NCBI GenBank assembly: GCA_017499595.2
Contig: CM039007.1
Coordinates: 1,860,001-1,924,000 of the forward strand
Direction of reading: 5' to 3'
Source of the DNA: Psilocybe cubensis
Lineage: Eukaryota
DNA length: 64,000 nucleotides
The notes beneath the pieces were generated by a model. The model saw nothing but the letters and a program-made list of their open reading frames with translations, was not told where the DNA came from and searched no databases. The position numbers were made by a program, and so were the translations under genes. Shown piece after piece: positions 44,844-57,165 of the stretch (its first letter is position 1; every line of letters starts with the position of its first letter).

Positions 44844-46700
44844 GTAGTACCGTATCATTTGTCGAATTGTTTATTGATCACACGTCGACCTCGAGGATGA
44901 TTCAAGTGCAGAGTGGGGTGGCGCGAGTCCGACTGATCATGATTGTCAGGACTCAGTAGCCCTTGACGTTGATATGACAGCTCTGGAAATCTGGAAATAG
45001 TAGCCAGTGGCAGCAGATGAGACACGACACGATGTATACATATCATCAGCATCGTGCTGGTAACCGTCCTCGAGGCTTACCTCGAAACTAGCTGAAAACT
45101 ATTATTGTATTCTATTGTGTCGTATCATATTATAGGGTATTATATCATCAAGAAGAAATTCCCAACTGTTCACGTTGTACCTTGGCTACTGGTACTAGCG
45201 ACCTGCCTGATTGCAGCGGTGGGGAAAGCATCATTAACACGCCACAGCCCACACGGGTCGGCGGTGTTTTTGAGTGTGATATGATATGATACTAATAGTG
45301 AGTCAGAAAAGGCTCAAGAAGGTATAGACTCGGACTGATACGATAGCGATGGCGATGGCGATGACGATGGGCGTGCGTCCGAGTCTAAGAGATAACAATG
45401 TGATAGGCAATCTAGGCAAGAATTGAATGAAGCATATGCGCTCTCTGGAGTGGGTAATGTCCTCGTGTCACCTTGTTGCGACAAAAGATTGTGTACATTG
45501 AGTGGGCCAATAGGTAATTTTTTTTTCAATAGAATGGAATGTTGTTCGGGAAATGTACTTTTTCAAAATTTGATTCCGCAGGTGCCTTGAATAAAATGAA
45601 AAAAATGTAATGCAAAGCCCACACACAGAAAATGCACGACATTGAGATATATCTGGTAATAGCAACGGTTGTATCGTTAGAGAGCCAGTCCCGAGTCTTA
45701 GGAGACTTAGCGTTATAGTCCTAGCCTTTCGGTCCCAGCCGCCCCACTGGCATTGGCAATGGGACTGGGTATTTCCGACGAGGCTCCAGATGTTGCGCTT
45801 GGGGAATTCATGAACGGACCGTACAGCACGGCAGGACGGGCCCCACAGTGCATAGAGAGATCCAAAGTACGCGTTAGCCCCATCATCAAGAGAGAGGACA
45901 CGTAGCGTAGCATATCAGAGACCCCACTCGCACTTGATGAGATGAAGACTGGTCTGGTTCTGAGGTTCTCGCAAAGCCTTGGCGTGATAGGATTGTACCA
46001 AGTGCAAAGGCAGAACCATTACGGGGATGAAGATGTCTGTGTAGGTATTGAAGAAGGGAAGCTGCCATGCAGGAACGAACGGCGGCGCTCAGGAGGATCA
46101 TGGGCCATCAGAGGCAAGTCGCAGTTAGCAGCAGCAGAAGTCGCGCATGGCGGCGCTCCGACGCCCGAGGCATTGAGGGTTGCGTTAGCGAAACAAAAAC
46201 AGGACGGGGAGAAGCGAGATATAGTGGCGAACAAGCTAGCTAGAGTGCAGTGAAACGAGGCTTGGCAGAGAGTGGGGACCAAAGAAGGCTAGTTTGGCGC
46301 ATAGTGGATGATCATCGAGGGGAGGAAGAGGCGGGATTATGAAAGGTGTACAGCTTGGCACGAGGCTAGGAAGCGCTAGACTATGGCTTGGCGGTTGCAG
46401 TGGAGGCTGGGTCAGAAATAGAAACCGGGAGACAAAAAGGAAATAGTCGGAGCTTGAAAGGATTTGGAAATAGGAGCGGCGAGGGATCCGGAGGAGCGTG
46501 ACGCGTGACAAAAGGAAAATTTGAGACCGGGAGGCTGGATTGGTTGACAATGAATCGGGGGATCTCAGATAAGGCGTAAACAAGTCCCAGCAGAAGGCAC
46601 TATTTATCTCCCAACACAAACTGCTCTCTCCGTCTCTCATCCCAGTACACTGCGCCTTATCATGTCGCTCTTCTGCTAACAGTTGGGGCGCTTCCTCACC

Positions 46701-47669
46701 ATGTCTCCCCGCCCCATTCTCAAGCGCGCGCTCTCTACAGAGCAGCACTCCCAGCAGTTCCTCCACCACCACCACCGCCACATACACCACCCACATACAA
46801 CACCCTCCGTACACTTCCCCCCCTCCCCCTCCCTCACCCGCACTTTTTCTGTCTACTCAGCTGCTGCATATGACCGCTCGCCCATCGTAGTGTCCCCCAA
46901 CACCTGTGCTCTCCCAGAGCGCGGTTGTCCAGGCCGCACCTACCTCCTAGACGAGCAGGCTACTCCATCGCGCGCACCCCGCTCAAGGGGCATCGCCTAC
47001 GCCAGAGACTATCACCCCCGTGCCCTTGCATTCGCTTCTGCTTCGAGCAGCACCAGCAGCGCTAGTCGCGATTATGCCCAGGTGCCCCAGCTCGTCCCAG
47101 ATATCTCCTCAGAGAGCGAGGAGAGCGATGGCTTCTACAGCATGCCCCTGCCCCCCACCTCCCAGCAGACTTTCGGCATCCATGGCCTTGCTGGCCCTAA
47201 CGGGAACGGCACACACGCCAGCGTAAAGTACCACAGCAACAGCAGCACCAATCATCACTACATCAGCATCAACAAGCGCAGCGACTCTATCGCCATCGCC
47301 TCGGGTGAATACACGCCCTGCAACGACGCGCACGATTCCGATCCACTCGCATTCTTGCCTTATGGTCCCGCCTCCCCGTCATCGCCGCACCACTTTGCCG
47401 CCGAGCACGACGAGAAGGCGTACAAACCGCGTCGCAAGCGCACCGACCGCCGCCACGAGAGCTCCGCCGACCCCGACCGGATACCACGCGGGCATGTCGC
47501 GGGAGAGCGCGAGAGCCTCTCCCTCGGCATCGCTTCGCTGTCCGTTTCGCCATCGCAGAGCGCGCCGGTGAAGAGGAAGAAGGGCGTGAGGAGGTCCGTG
47601 CCTGTCCAGCAGTCCTTTGGCACAGGCGCGTTCTGCAGCTCCGATGACGGATGCTTGGGAGGGTTTTAA
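46701..47669 (+). CDS. Intronless disordered Ser/Pro-rich protein (322 aa); putative protein phosphatase 1 regulatory subunit
   Basis: Clean GC-rich ORF with ATG in CACCATG context. Motif blocks PILKR, SVHFPPSPSLTRTFSVYSAAAYDRSPIVV, CALPERGCPGRTY, VPQLVPDISSESEESDG and C-terminal DDGCLGGF*. Confidence 0.8.
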   Translation: MSPRPILKRALSTEQHSQQFLHHHHRHIHHPHTTPSVHFPPSPSLTRTFSVYSAAAYDRSPIVVSPNTCALPERGCPGRTYLLDEQATPSRAPRSRGIAYARDYHPRALAFASASSSTSSASRDYAQVPQLVPDISSESEESDGFYSMPLPPTSQQTFGIHGLAGPNGNGTHASVKYHSNSSTNHHYISINKRSDSIAIASGEYTPCNDAHDSDPLAFLPYGPASPSSPHHFAAEHDEKAYKPRRKRTDRRHESSADPDRIPRGHVAGERESLSLGIASLSVSPSQSAPVKRKKGVRRSVPVQQSFGTGAFCSSDDGCLGGF

Positions 47670-50600
47670 AAAAATCGCGCGCGCGGCGGTCCAGTCCTGC
47701 CGTCTTCCGATGATATCCTCATTCACCCCTCTCCCCTCATCCCTTCTCATCACGGCTACCTGATATCCTCACACTCACCTGTCTCGCTCTTCTTTCTTGT
47801 TCACCTTTTTTTGTTTTGTTTTTGTTGATTGATTGATTGATTTTTTTATTCGCATTGCCATTGCCATTGCCATCGCCATCGCCATCGACACGACACGACT
47901 TGACTTTGACCTTGCATGCATATATCACCCTTTCCACACCGCTGCCTGTTTCTTTCGCATTTCCTGTTTCTGTTACAGCACGCACGCGTTTATGCCTTTC
48001 AAGGACCATGGACATCATCGCATCACATATTCATCAGTTCACCGCGCACACCAAGGCTTCTTATTCCATCTACATCCACTTTTTTCTCATTTTCATCTTC
48101 ATCGTACATTCCAGTGCGCTTGTTCAACCAAAGCCCGCTTTTAGATCATCATGGAATTGTTTTTGGGAGGAAGAAATTTGTTGGATTTTTTTTTTTTTGG
48201 AATATCTCGGACTTTTGTGCACATACCGCATTCGACTTCTTACATCTCACGACACCTTGATTGACTTTTTTTCATTTTTTCACGACCCCTTCTACCTTTC
48301 TACCTTCCTACCACACATCCCGCATCCCATTCTTCATACCACACGCACCCACACGCCATTGCACCCACGTCCACGCCCACATCCTCACACCAACCACATT
48401 ATATATATTATATATACATCCCATTACAGATACATAACATACATACAGTAAAATAAAAAAGAGAAATTGTACTAGTTTTTTTTTATTTAAAGCGTTCGTT
48501 TGTATGAGGTTGAGTGACTGGTGAATTTTTTTGGTTGGACTGAGTGCTTTTTGTGTGGTGTGGTCGGGGACCCAGGTCGTGCTGTGCTGTGAACTTGGAT
48601 TTTTTAGGCGAGTTGAGAGCGGACCTCTGTAAGGTCTTTGCCTCAAGGCCAGTCTGTTTGTGACTCGCGCTCGATTATCTGGCTTGACAGTGACTGGATG
48701 TGGATCAATATCGTGAGCTATACAAAGTCGTTACTAGGACCTTGAAAATTGTCCTGAAATCAACTAAACCAATTGGATACCAACGCGATGTTAGATGGAG
48801 GTGCAGTTGTGCGCATTGTTACATTGGCGAAACGTGCTTTTGGCTGGTTATAGTGATGCAGATGTAGATATAGATGTAGATACAGATGCAAAATGCGTTG
48901 GATCTGATAAAACTGACCGTCGCCGCGACGCGACCGTCTCCGCGACCGAAGGCAAAAACAACACAAAGAAGAAAAAATAATTGAATGACGTTGTGGTATT
49001 TTTAGAACAGCGATCATGATCATGATCAGGTCAGGAAGGTTTGGTTTTAGCAATTTCAGGTTCAGGTTCAGGTGGTACTTTACTTGATTAATGATTGATA
49101 TTAATGATTGCTTGCAATTTGGACTTGGAAGGCGTCATTTTCGGTGATGCGGATTTTGGAACGGGTTGCAATTGGACCCTAGAGGCTAGAGTTGGAATAA
49201 AGGGTGGTTAAACTGGATATGTACATGGGTTAACGTACGGGTGCAGGGATGGTGATTGAATATTGATGCATGATGGGTGGTTTAGTTAGCGGATTTGCAC
49301 TTTGGGTAATGGTGGTAAGTTATTGGACAGGTTTCGTTGTTGGTGTTAGTGGTTTTGTTCAGTTGCCTGTCTCGATGGAGTGGTGAGCGTGGAGGTGTGC
49401 TTCGGGGATCCAAGTTCGGAATTGTGGTGCAGGCTGCGGCACAATAAAAAGATGAAAGAAAGAAAAGCATATATAGTAAGTAAGAAAGAAAGAAAGAAAT
49501 TGAAAAGCCGGCCGGGTATAACGCTCTGACTGACAGCCTTTGTTGTCTATTCCAGGCTATCCGCGCAGATGCCGGGTAGGGGTGGTCCATGGCCAGGGGC
49601 CGTATACATGACTATGTCCATGACTATGTCTATGTCAATGTGTATCTGCTCTGTATGATATCTCAGCAAGTGCTCTATCTATGATCCTACCTATCTATCC
49701 AAGTCCAACTCTCTTCTGATAAGGTGCGCGTGCGCGTATGTCGTGTGGTATGCGTACCATACCTTGTAAGTATTCCAGTACCCATTCGAACTCTGAATCA
49801 ATACATTTTTTTTCGCGCGTTTGAAAGCCAGCTTTAGATGCCGGGTCTGGGTAGCTGGCTGGGTATGCCTTGGGCATCTAAAGTCTGAACAAGGGTGATT
49901 AGAATCTAATGGGATTGTGGGGCAGCCATGCAAGGCAGGGGCAGAAGATTCGATATTCAGTCCTTTGAGTGTCCGGAAGTTTCTCGTTCGTCCCAACTCC
50001 GAGAGGGTGAAAGAGGCCTACTGGCGCACGGCCTTGCGCTGCGAAGGTGCCTGTGTAGAGTGATGCGCGTTGTATTGACTCTTATTGAATATTGAAGGCT
50101 TGATTGACTTGGGGATCATTTTCAAATTTGTTGATATCACAGTGTATTATGCCCCCGCGTATGGCGGGCGAGGGGAAGTGCAAGGGCAAGAAGGGGAAGG
50201 ACGATCTTTCAAAATTCAACAGCTTGCTTCATGTCCTCTTCCTCGCTTTTCTGCTTGCAGGCCTTGTCACCGTATACACAAATCCCCAAAATATAGCCCG
50301 TGCGCGTTATCCGTTGTCCGTTGTCATTCAGATCAGCAGCCGCGGGGTCTCCAGCTCATAACTTGTATACGTATATATCGTATATTACAAAAATGTACAT
50401 CAATCGCCCAATATCAAAAGGACGGCTCACCTGACCCCTTTGCGAGGGAATGATTCCTCTTCCCCTTCCATGTTCTTCCCCTTGCGCCTGCGGTTTTTGC
50501 TCCCGGTCGGGATTCGGGAGACTGGGGCAGGTGCCAGGTGCCCCCCCTTGCATTGGTTGCCTGTGGCCCACTACACCGGACTGGTGCGGCCCTCGCTCGA

Positions 50601-53600
50601 GTGATGTATATTCAGTCTCTCTTGGTCCTTGGAGCTTATAATATGATTCGATACTCTGATTTCTGCGGACTTGCCACTGCCATCATCACCACCACCATCA
50701 TCATTAAGGTTAAAACAATATACACAAGTATATATGTCAGTTGATGTGAGCTTGTGAAAGGGAAAAAAAGGCGACTTGAACCTGAAGCGCATACATGCAC
50801 ATACATAGTAACGCATCATACGTATATAACAGAAACAGACAGACAAACAACCTGACAAGGCAGAATGACAGACGGCATTCTTTCTGAGACTCTGTGGAGA
50901 CTTTTTGCGGTTACAGTTATCGCTGGCTAACGGCGAAAAGAGCGCAGTAGGCGCCTGATGCCAATGCCCACGGGCCACGGGCCACGGCGTGGCGGTGCCG
51001 GCGTCGGGCGTGCCTGGCTCTTTTTTTTCAAAGGTTTTGTCTGGCACTGGTGACTGGGATAAACGTGCAGCTTCAGACACAGACAAGGTTTAGGTCGCCT
51101 CCGGAGGTGTGGTTGGGGTGTTGTGGGGTACGTAAAATTAGGATTCAGTAGCGTTGTGAGGGAGAGAAAAAGGATTGCTACGACTGCGATTGGCCGACTT
51201 GTTTGCGCCGACGTGCGGCGGCTGTGCGTGTTTGCTTGGCCATTATAGGGGTGCTTAACCAAGGACTAACACCTCCTGTCTTCAACGCGCCAGCCAGTTG
51301 TTCATGCCCGCTATTCACACAGACGCTATGTATGTAAAAAATTTTGCGCGCGTGCGGTTGAATAGAACGATGTGCGTATACTTAGCACTGGCACAGCAGA
51401 CAACGTGCGAGCTCGGAAGAAACGAGCTGCCATGCACCAATGTTCCATCAGCCCCGATTGTATTCTTAGAGCCCTCGTGAGGGTACATTTCATACCGCTC
51501 TACACCGATGGATGGAAGTAAGTAAGCAACAGTATACCCGGGGGTGTTAGGTTATGTCAAAGGGTCAACTATGCTTTTGGTTGCGTATTTATGCGACAGG
51601 CCCAGCCCTAACATGCTTTTTGGTATTTTCGGCTGGAAAAAAACGCCTGATAGCTAGGCTTCGAAGTTCGGTTCCTTGAGAGTTGAATTGGATGGTCACG
51701 ACGGTTGTGATTGCCTGCACTCGTAGTTGCTATTGATGGACTAGATGGCTTTTCGAGCAAGGGACGCACCCCAAATCTGAGTGTGTAAGTATAGCACCAT
51801 CGCCCGTTCCTTACTTATATAAATCCAGTTGACAGGATTGAGGAAAAGAGACTATGTCGTAAATAATGCGTTGCGTTGCGGTCTATCTAGTGGCCCGTGC
51901 AGCTATTTTGATTCTTGAAAGCCTTTGTCACTCTCGTATCGCGCACGGACGTATTCTGGTACCACGTAAAAGGCCCCAGAAGGTCTCTTTGCTTATCTCT
52001 GCTCAGGGCAAAAAGAGAGTGCTAGCTTGTATCACGGCTAATCTCACGCTGGTTTAATTTGGGCTGTGGCAATCATAACGGTCAGACGGTATCAGTGGGT
52101 GGTGGCGGTAGGTATAAAGTATTCAAGGTCGTTCGCTCCCAGGATCATTTCATAATGCATTCTGGAATAAACTCGTCTCGTCACTGTTGAAGTGGGCCAG
52201 TACAGGCTGCTGACTTGGCCAGCGTGGGTAATGGCCTTATTTTACCCTTTCACGAATCACTATTCGCCGCTGGCTCATATACCAAGGGGGACTCCTCGTT
52301 GACCCGTACCAAGAAATCAAGCTGCGCAGGCTCAAGACGCCTCATGCGAGTGGTGTAGTTTGTTATTATATACGCGAGCGCCGAGTACATACTGAAGTGG
52401 AGTCCATAAAATTTTTTGGGGGGATGTTTGTTGAAAACGCAAACAGGCGAGGCTGAAATTAAGCCGTGTGAACATCACATCGCATCCCATCGGAGTCCGT
52501 GCGCATTTTCGTGTGTTACAAGTGACCATCACTTGGGGCTGGCACTGGGCAGGCAAATGGCCGCCATCCGCCTCCCCGGAATGATGCGTGGCTGGGTCGT
52601 CGTCTGGTTAAAGTGTTGAACAGATGGAGTGATGCGCGTGCGTCGACTGCGTGATGCGACAATGGAGGATTGGTGAGAATGGATTACAGACTGGGAAGAT
52701 GCCTCTCCGCCGGTATTCCAGGACGCTTAGGGGCTAGACGCCTCCGAGGGGTCGTCTTCCGGCGTTTGCGTTCACTCGCCTTCTACTGTGCGGCGACCTG
52801 TGTTGAAACTAGAGACGATAACGGACAAAGGAGGGTTTGAAGAGCGGTTGCGGACACGGACGTCCTGAATAGCCAGTATCCTGAAATAACTGCAAACGCA
52901 TTGTCTGTTGGGTCGATCTTCACTTTAGTGGTTAATGGCCCATCAAGGCGAAGGGAAACACGATCACGTAGAAGAAGAAAGAAGCTGATCCCTTCACGCT
53001 CTGCAATTCTCGTGTTCAAAGCGTGTCATTGTGTAAGAGACCGGCGTAGGTATTTATACAGATCAAGGAACTCCAAAGTCCTGTGCAGGAAGGTTTGCGC
53101 TATGTTTACCGTGTCAGGTGCCAGTGAGCAGCTAAAGATATCGAAAAGCAGCAACTTCGATTTCTTGGCTGGCCTTTGGGAATCTTGGGGACGACATTCC
53201 CCAGTGAATCATCACCCATATGTGTATGATTATGTCTTTATTTTTGGTGGTGAACACTGACTCTTTGAATCTCGACGTTCGGGGATCGGTGTGATGTAAG
53301 CAATGAGAAGATTTTGCTATATGCTCGATAGTCCCTACAGATCTTCTCAAAGGTCAAAATATAGGGCGTATGTAAACATCTTTCACATATGCCATGATAG
53401 TTGTCAAGTAAGCTATTGTAAACGGCCCCGTGTATACATATTACAGAAATCTTGAGTATTTCTAGTACTTTCCTCTAGGACATTCATGGTCTTGTGCAAC
53501 ATCGAAGACGGCCTATGCTCGGTCGTTTTCTTTCGCATGATTAGTTATCATACGACACTCCTTGCATGCTGCACCGCGATGAGTGCAGCACTTCTGCTCT

Positions 53601-56600
53601 CCCTTACCACGGTCTTGGAATAAAAGAAGCATTTTTCTGTCAATGACGGCGAGTGTCCAGAAGGCTGGGTGGCATCCTCGAGTGAGATTTTTCTTTCCGA
53701 CGTTCATCCAGACCTCGCTCCATATTTATTTACTGCCGCTAACATACGCGCGTAGTAATGGGGGATTGTAGGAGGTTCTGCTGGCAGCTCCGTCTCTCCA
53801 CTTGCTTGAGCGTCTGTAGAAAGTCGAACGATATTCCTACTGGTGGAATGAACCTGTGGCTAAAGTTGGGTCATGTATCCCACCGAGTGCATAGCTTCTG
53901 TAATGAGGCTAAATGAACGGAGTATTATTATCGGCTAAATTGGAGGCCATGAAGTTTTGCAGGCGTCTCGGGTGGCTATTAGGTGGATTATACGCCACGA
54001 TAAATCATGGGACGATTTTTTGAGGAGAGGCCTGTTCAGTTCCCGTGGGCATGAGGTCGAAGAACAGTAATTATTGACCATAACTTGTGAAATGCGATCC
54101 GTGGGTAGTAGCGTGATATCTGCAAGTTTAAACGTGATGCTCTAATGTCACAGTCTTTTACATGGAGTACTCAGTACTCAAATGATACCTATTTGATTTG
54201 CGTTGAAGACGGCGAATAGCAAATAGCAGACTTTATATCAGTTATATCCCATTCACTGTAGCCGCATTGAATCTCCGGGCAAAAATTGTCAACACCCTAG
54301 ATGAGATGAGCCATCCTGGCGGATCTTTCTATATCTGCGCTCGATGTAACAGGAAGGTCGTTTCCGGCACCTAGGGTCCGATCTTGAGGGAATAAAGATA
54401 TGTTATACTTAGAATAATAATATCATGGCAGGACGTAACATGTCACGGCGGCAGCTGCCTATTAAGCGTCCTTTTCGCCATGGCATCGGCGAGTGTCGGA
54501 GGAGGTTGGGAATGTGCCAAAAGTGAAGTTGGTGGTGAGTCTGTTATCACCAGACCATTACGGACCATAATGGCTTTCTTCTTCCTGTTTCTGGCATGTT
54601 GTAATGGAGCTGATCACAATTCGTACCGACTTGTTCCCATCAGGGCGACGGCGGTAACCGCCAAATGACGTCATCATGTTCTAATTTTAAATCTCAACAA
54701 AAGGCGCGTACGTTATGTTTTGTTCCGGTGCATGTCTGAAGAGTTATCCGTCGTCCGACGGGGCAGTAGAAACGTACAGCTCACGTTTCGGTGCATACAC
54801 CTTGTGTGCGGAGAGAGCTGCCGTTATTTCTCAGTGCTATCAACTCTGGGTCATTGGATACCAGCACCACAAGGTTATTGTTCATTGGTGTCTCTCTGCC
54901 TACTATGTAGCATTTTTTGTCTTTACGATGTTGAAATGGTCATGATTGGATTGCTTTAAAGAGCTCGGATCTTGAGAAACGGCAATATCTTCCGTCATAA
55001 AACTGACCATTTCGTTTTTGGGCGTCTAATGGCTTTGTAATTGTCACGCCACCGTCCAGAAGGCTGCGGTCCGGTTGTTTGCCCAGTCCTCGAAAATGCT
55101 AAGTAAATGGTTTGTTAATAAGGTATGGACTGCAACAGAAGAAGTTTGGCTTGTCACAAACTTTTACGGACCGTGTATTGAAAATATTAGTTAACAGGCG
55201 GCGAAGCATCCGTGCATCAACCGTTAGAATTTTGCTACTCGTAATTAAGTATATATGGTTATGCGTATTGTGAAAGACCCAAGGACTGGATGGCGCCCCA
55301 AAAGGACTTGACGACCCACATTTCGTTCAATCGCATCTTTCCTGAGAAGACATCGCCAAAACATCTCATTTGGGAAAGGAATGGAACAAGGAGACCCCAG
55401 TGGCCTTTCCACAGGCGCGGTCACAAGGGCTTTGTCTTTTCGACGTCTATGCCAGCACGTTGGAGCCTCAAACAATTGATTCGGAATTTTTTTCAAGCTA
55501 CCAAATGGCAAATCACAAGTCATTCGACGAAGATCCAACCTTACAAAAACATCAACCACATTAAGTTCAGGGCAGGGCCCAGACTTGAAACTTCAAGCCA
55601 AGCATCCCGGATCATACAGAAACGTGCACGGACTCCTACTAATGAGCGCTGCGAGCATATTCAAACTTACATTAATCAGGTTCTATCCGATCATCGATTG
55701 AGTGATAAGAGCGTTGGCTGATACCATACGGTTACACCACTCATCACTAACAGCTTATTGTAGCTTATTGTATCTATTGAATGCCCTCTCGCAGACCGGG
55801 ACTGCCTCGTACGATGCATGCAAGTATATCATGAGAGTAACAAGAACGAAAGCATCATGACCGGTCTTGTCGTCGATGGAAACAGGAAATCATTTTTTAA
55901 CCACCCGGTCAGGTTTGGTTGAAAATGACTCCGGTGTAAATAGACATTCCCTACGTAGTAAATTCCAATCACAATTGTCCATGACAGACTCGAGAACCCT
56001 TGGAATTGTTCACGTATTCGTTCTGCCAGGCTGCAATCAATCGGGAAACAGGGTGTTGGAACATACATGACCACCTGTCGACGTTTGCCAACATCAAGAA
56101 ACGGCCTCGAGAAAGACGTTGTAAAAGCTATTTCCGAATTGCTGTACTGACAGCAGCAATGAGGCATGAAATCTGAATTCTTTCAGGCATCAAATGTAAG
56201 GCAGTAGATTTGCCTTCTCGCCTTGTGGAAGCCAACAATTCGCCAGCAAGTCCATAGAGATACAACCAAGAAACGTTGGAAAACAGTGAGACAGAGAGAT
56301 TATTATTTGGTCATGACCAGAAAAGTTATGCGCGAGTTTAACATGAAAATGAAACTCACAAAATTTCTGACCTCCAGTCCAACGACGCTGTCGATAATTA
56401 ACTCATTCCTATGACTTGCTACGCCCCGTCGCAAAATGCCGTGAAATTCAACACACGCGATTAACGGCATGTTGCTCTGTTGTCTGTATCAATCATTGGC
56501 CGTGGTCCTTGTAAATTCGCACACCTGCACCATATACCATTGCCTAGGGTATGCAATGAGCAGAGTACGATCTCCATGCGACAATGTATCTAGCTCTATC

Positions 56601-57165
56601 ACCGCTCGAGAACGTAAAGGAGCTGGAGAAGTGAAGGACGAAAGGTGTAGTGCTGTCACAGTAGACACAAAGTTTTGATGACGAATTCTACGCCAGGGTT
56701 ATCGCCTCATGATGCAATATCACAAGGCGCTGCCAGCGGTCATGCTAGCGATAATGTAGACCTGGGTCTTCTTGAGAGCACCTGGGTCCTCCCGGAGTCG
56801 TGACTTTGAAGTTTCCACCTTGTTTTCCGACTTGCTCCTAGGAAGGTTTTCTTCATGTTCATCGTCAAAACCGATGGAAAACATACAGAGGAATCGTGTC
56901 TCTTTTATAGTTCCAAGTCATAATCATGAGGAAACGGTGGCACTCCGTCCCGTTAACAGCCGTGAACCAATACGGGATTCGGAAGAAGTGGGGATGAAAG
57001 AGAAGGAGGGGTAGCGGCTAGAGACGGCTGGGATGCCGGAGATGGTGATTATCGCCACACGTGATTCCAGCAAAGTCATATCATATTCTTCCCCGCTCAC
57101 CGTGCTTGGACACCGCGTCCATCTACTCCTTCTTTCCAACCCCCACAACCACCCAACACATCAAT

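Larger units (their letters stand above)
41090..51000. repeat. Scattered short tandem duplications / microsatellites
   Basis: Examples: (TTCGCA)n ~41090, (CCGAGT)n ~42732, (TGCATT)n ~42808, (GGCCTGA)n ~43041 and ~43825, (GCGAT)n ~43381, (GCGATG)n ~45346, (ATTGCC/ATCGCC)n ~47854, (TTCAGG)n ~49055. Confidence 0.7.

Noticed and set aside
46236-48451. Several overlapping ORFs around the intronless gene (46236-46814, 47379-47753, 47837-48451)
   Set aside because: They are antisense shadows or translations of low-complexity UTR microsatellites.
55245-56167. ORFs of 100-143 aa in the downstream desert
   Set aside because: No recognisable domain, codon bias or consistent splice model.
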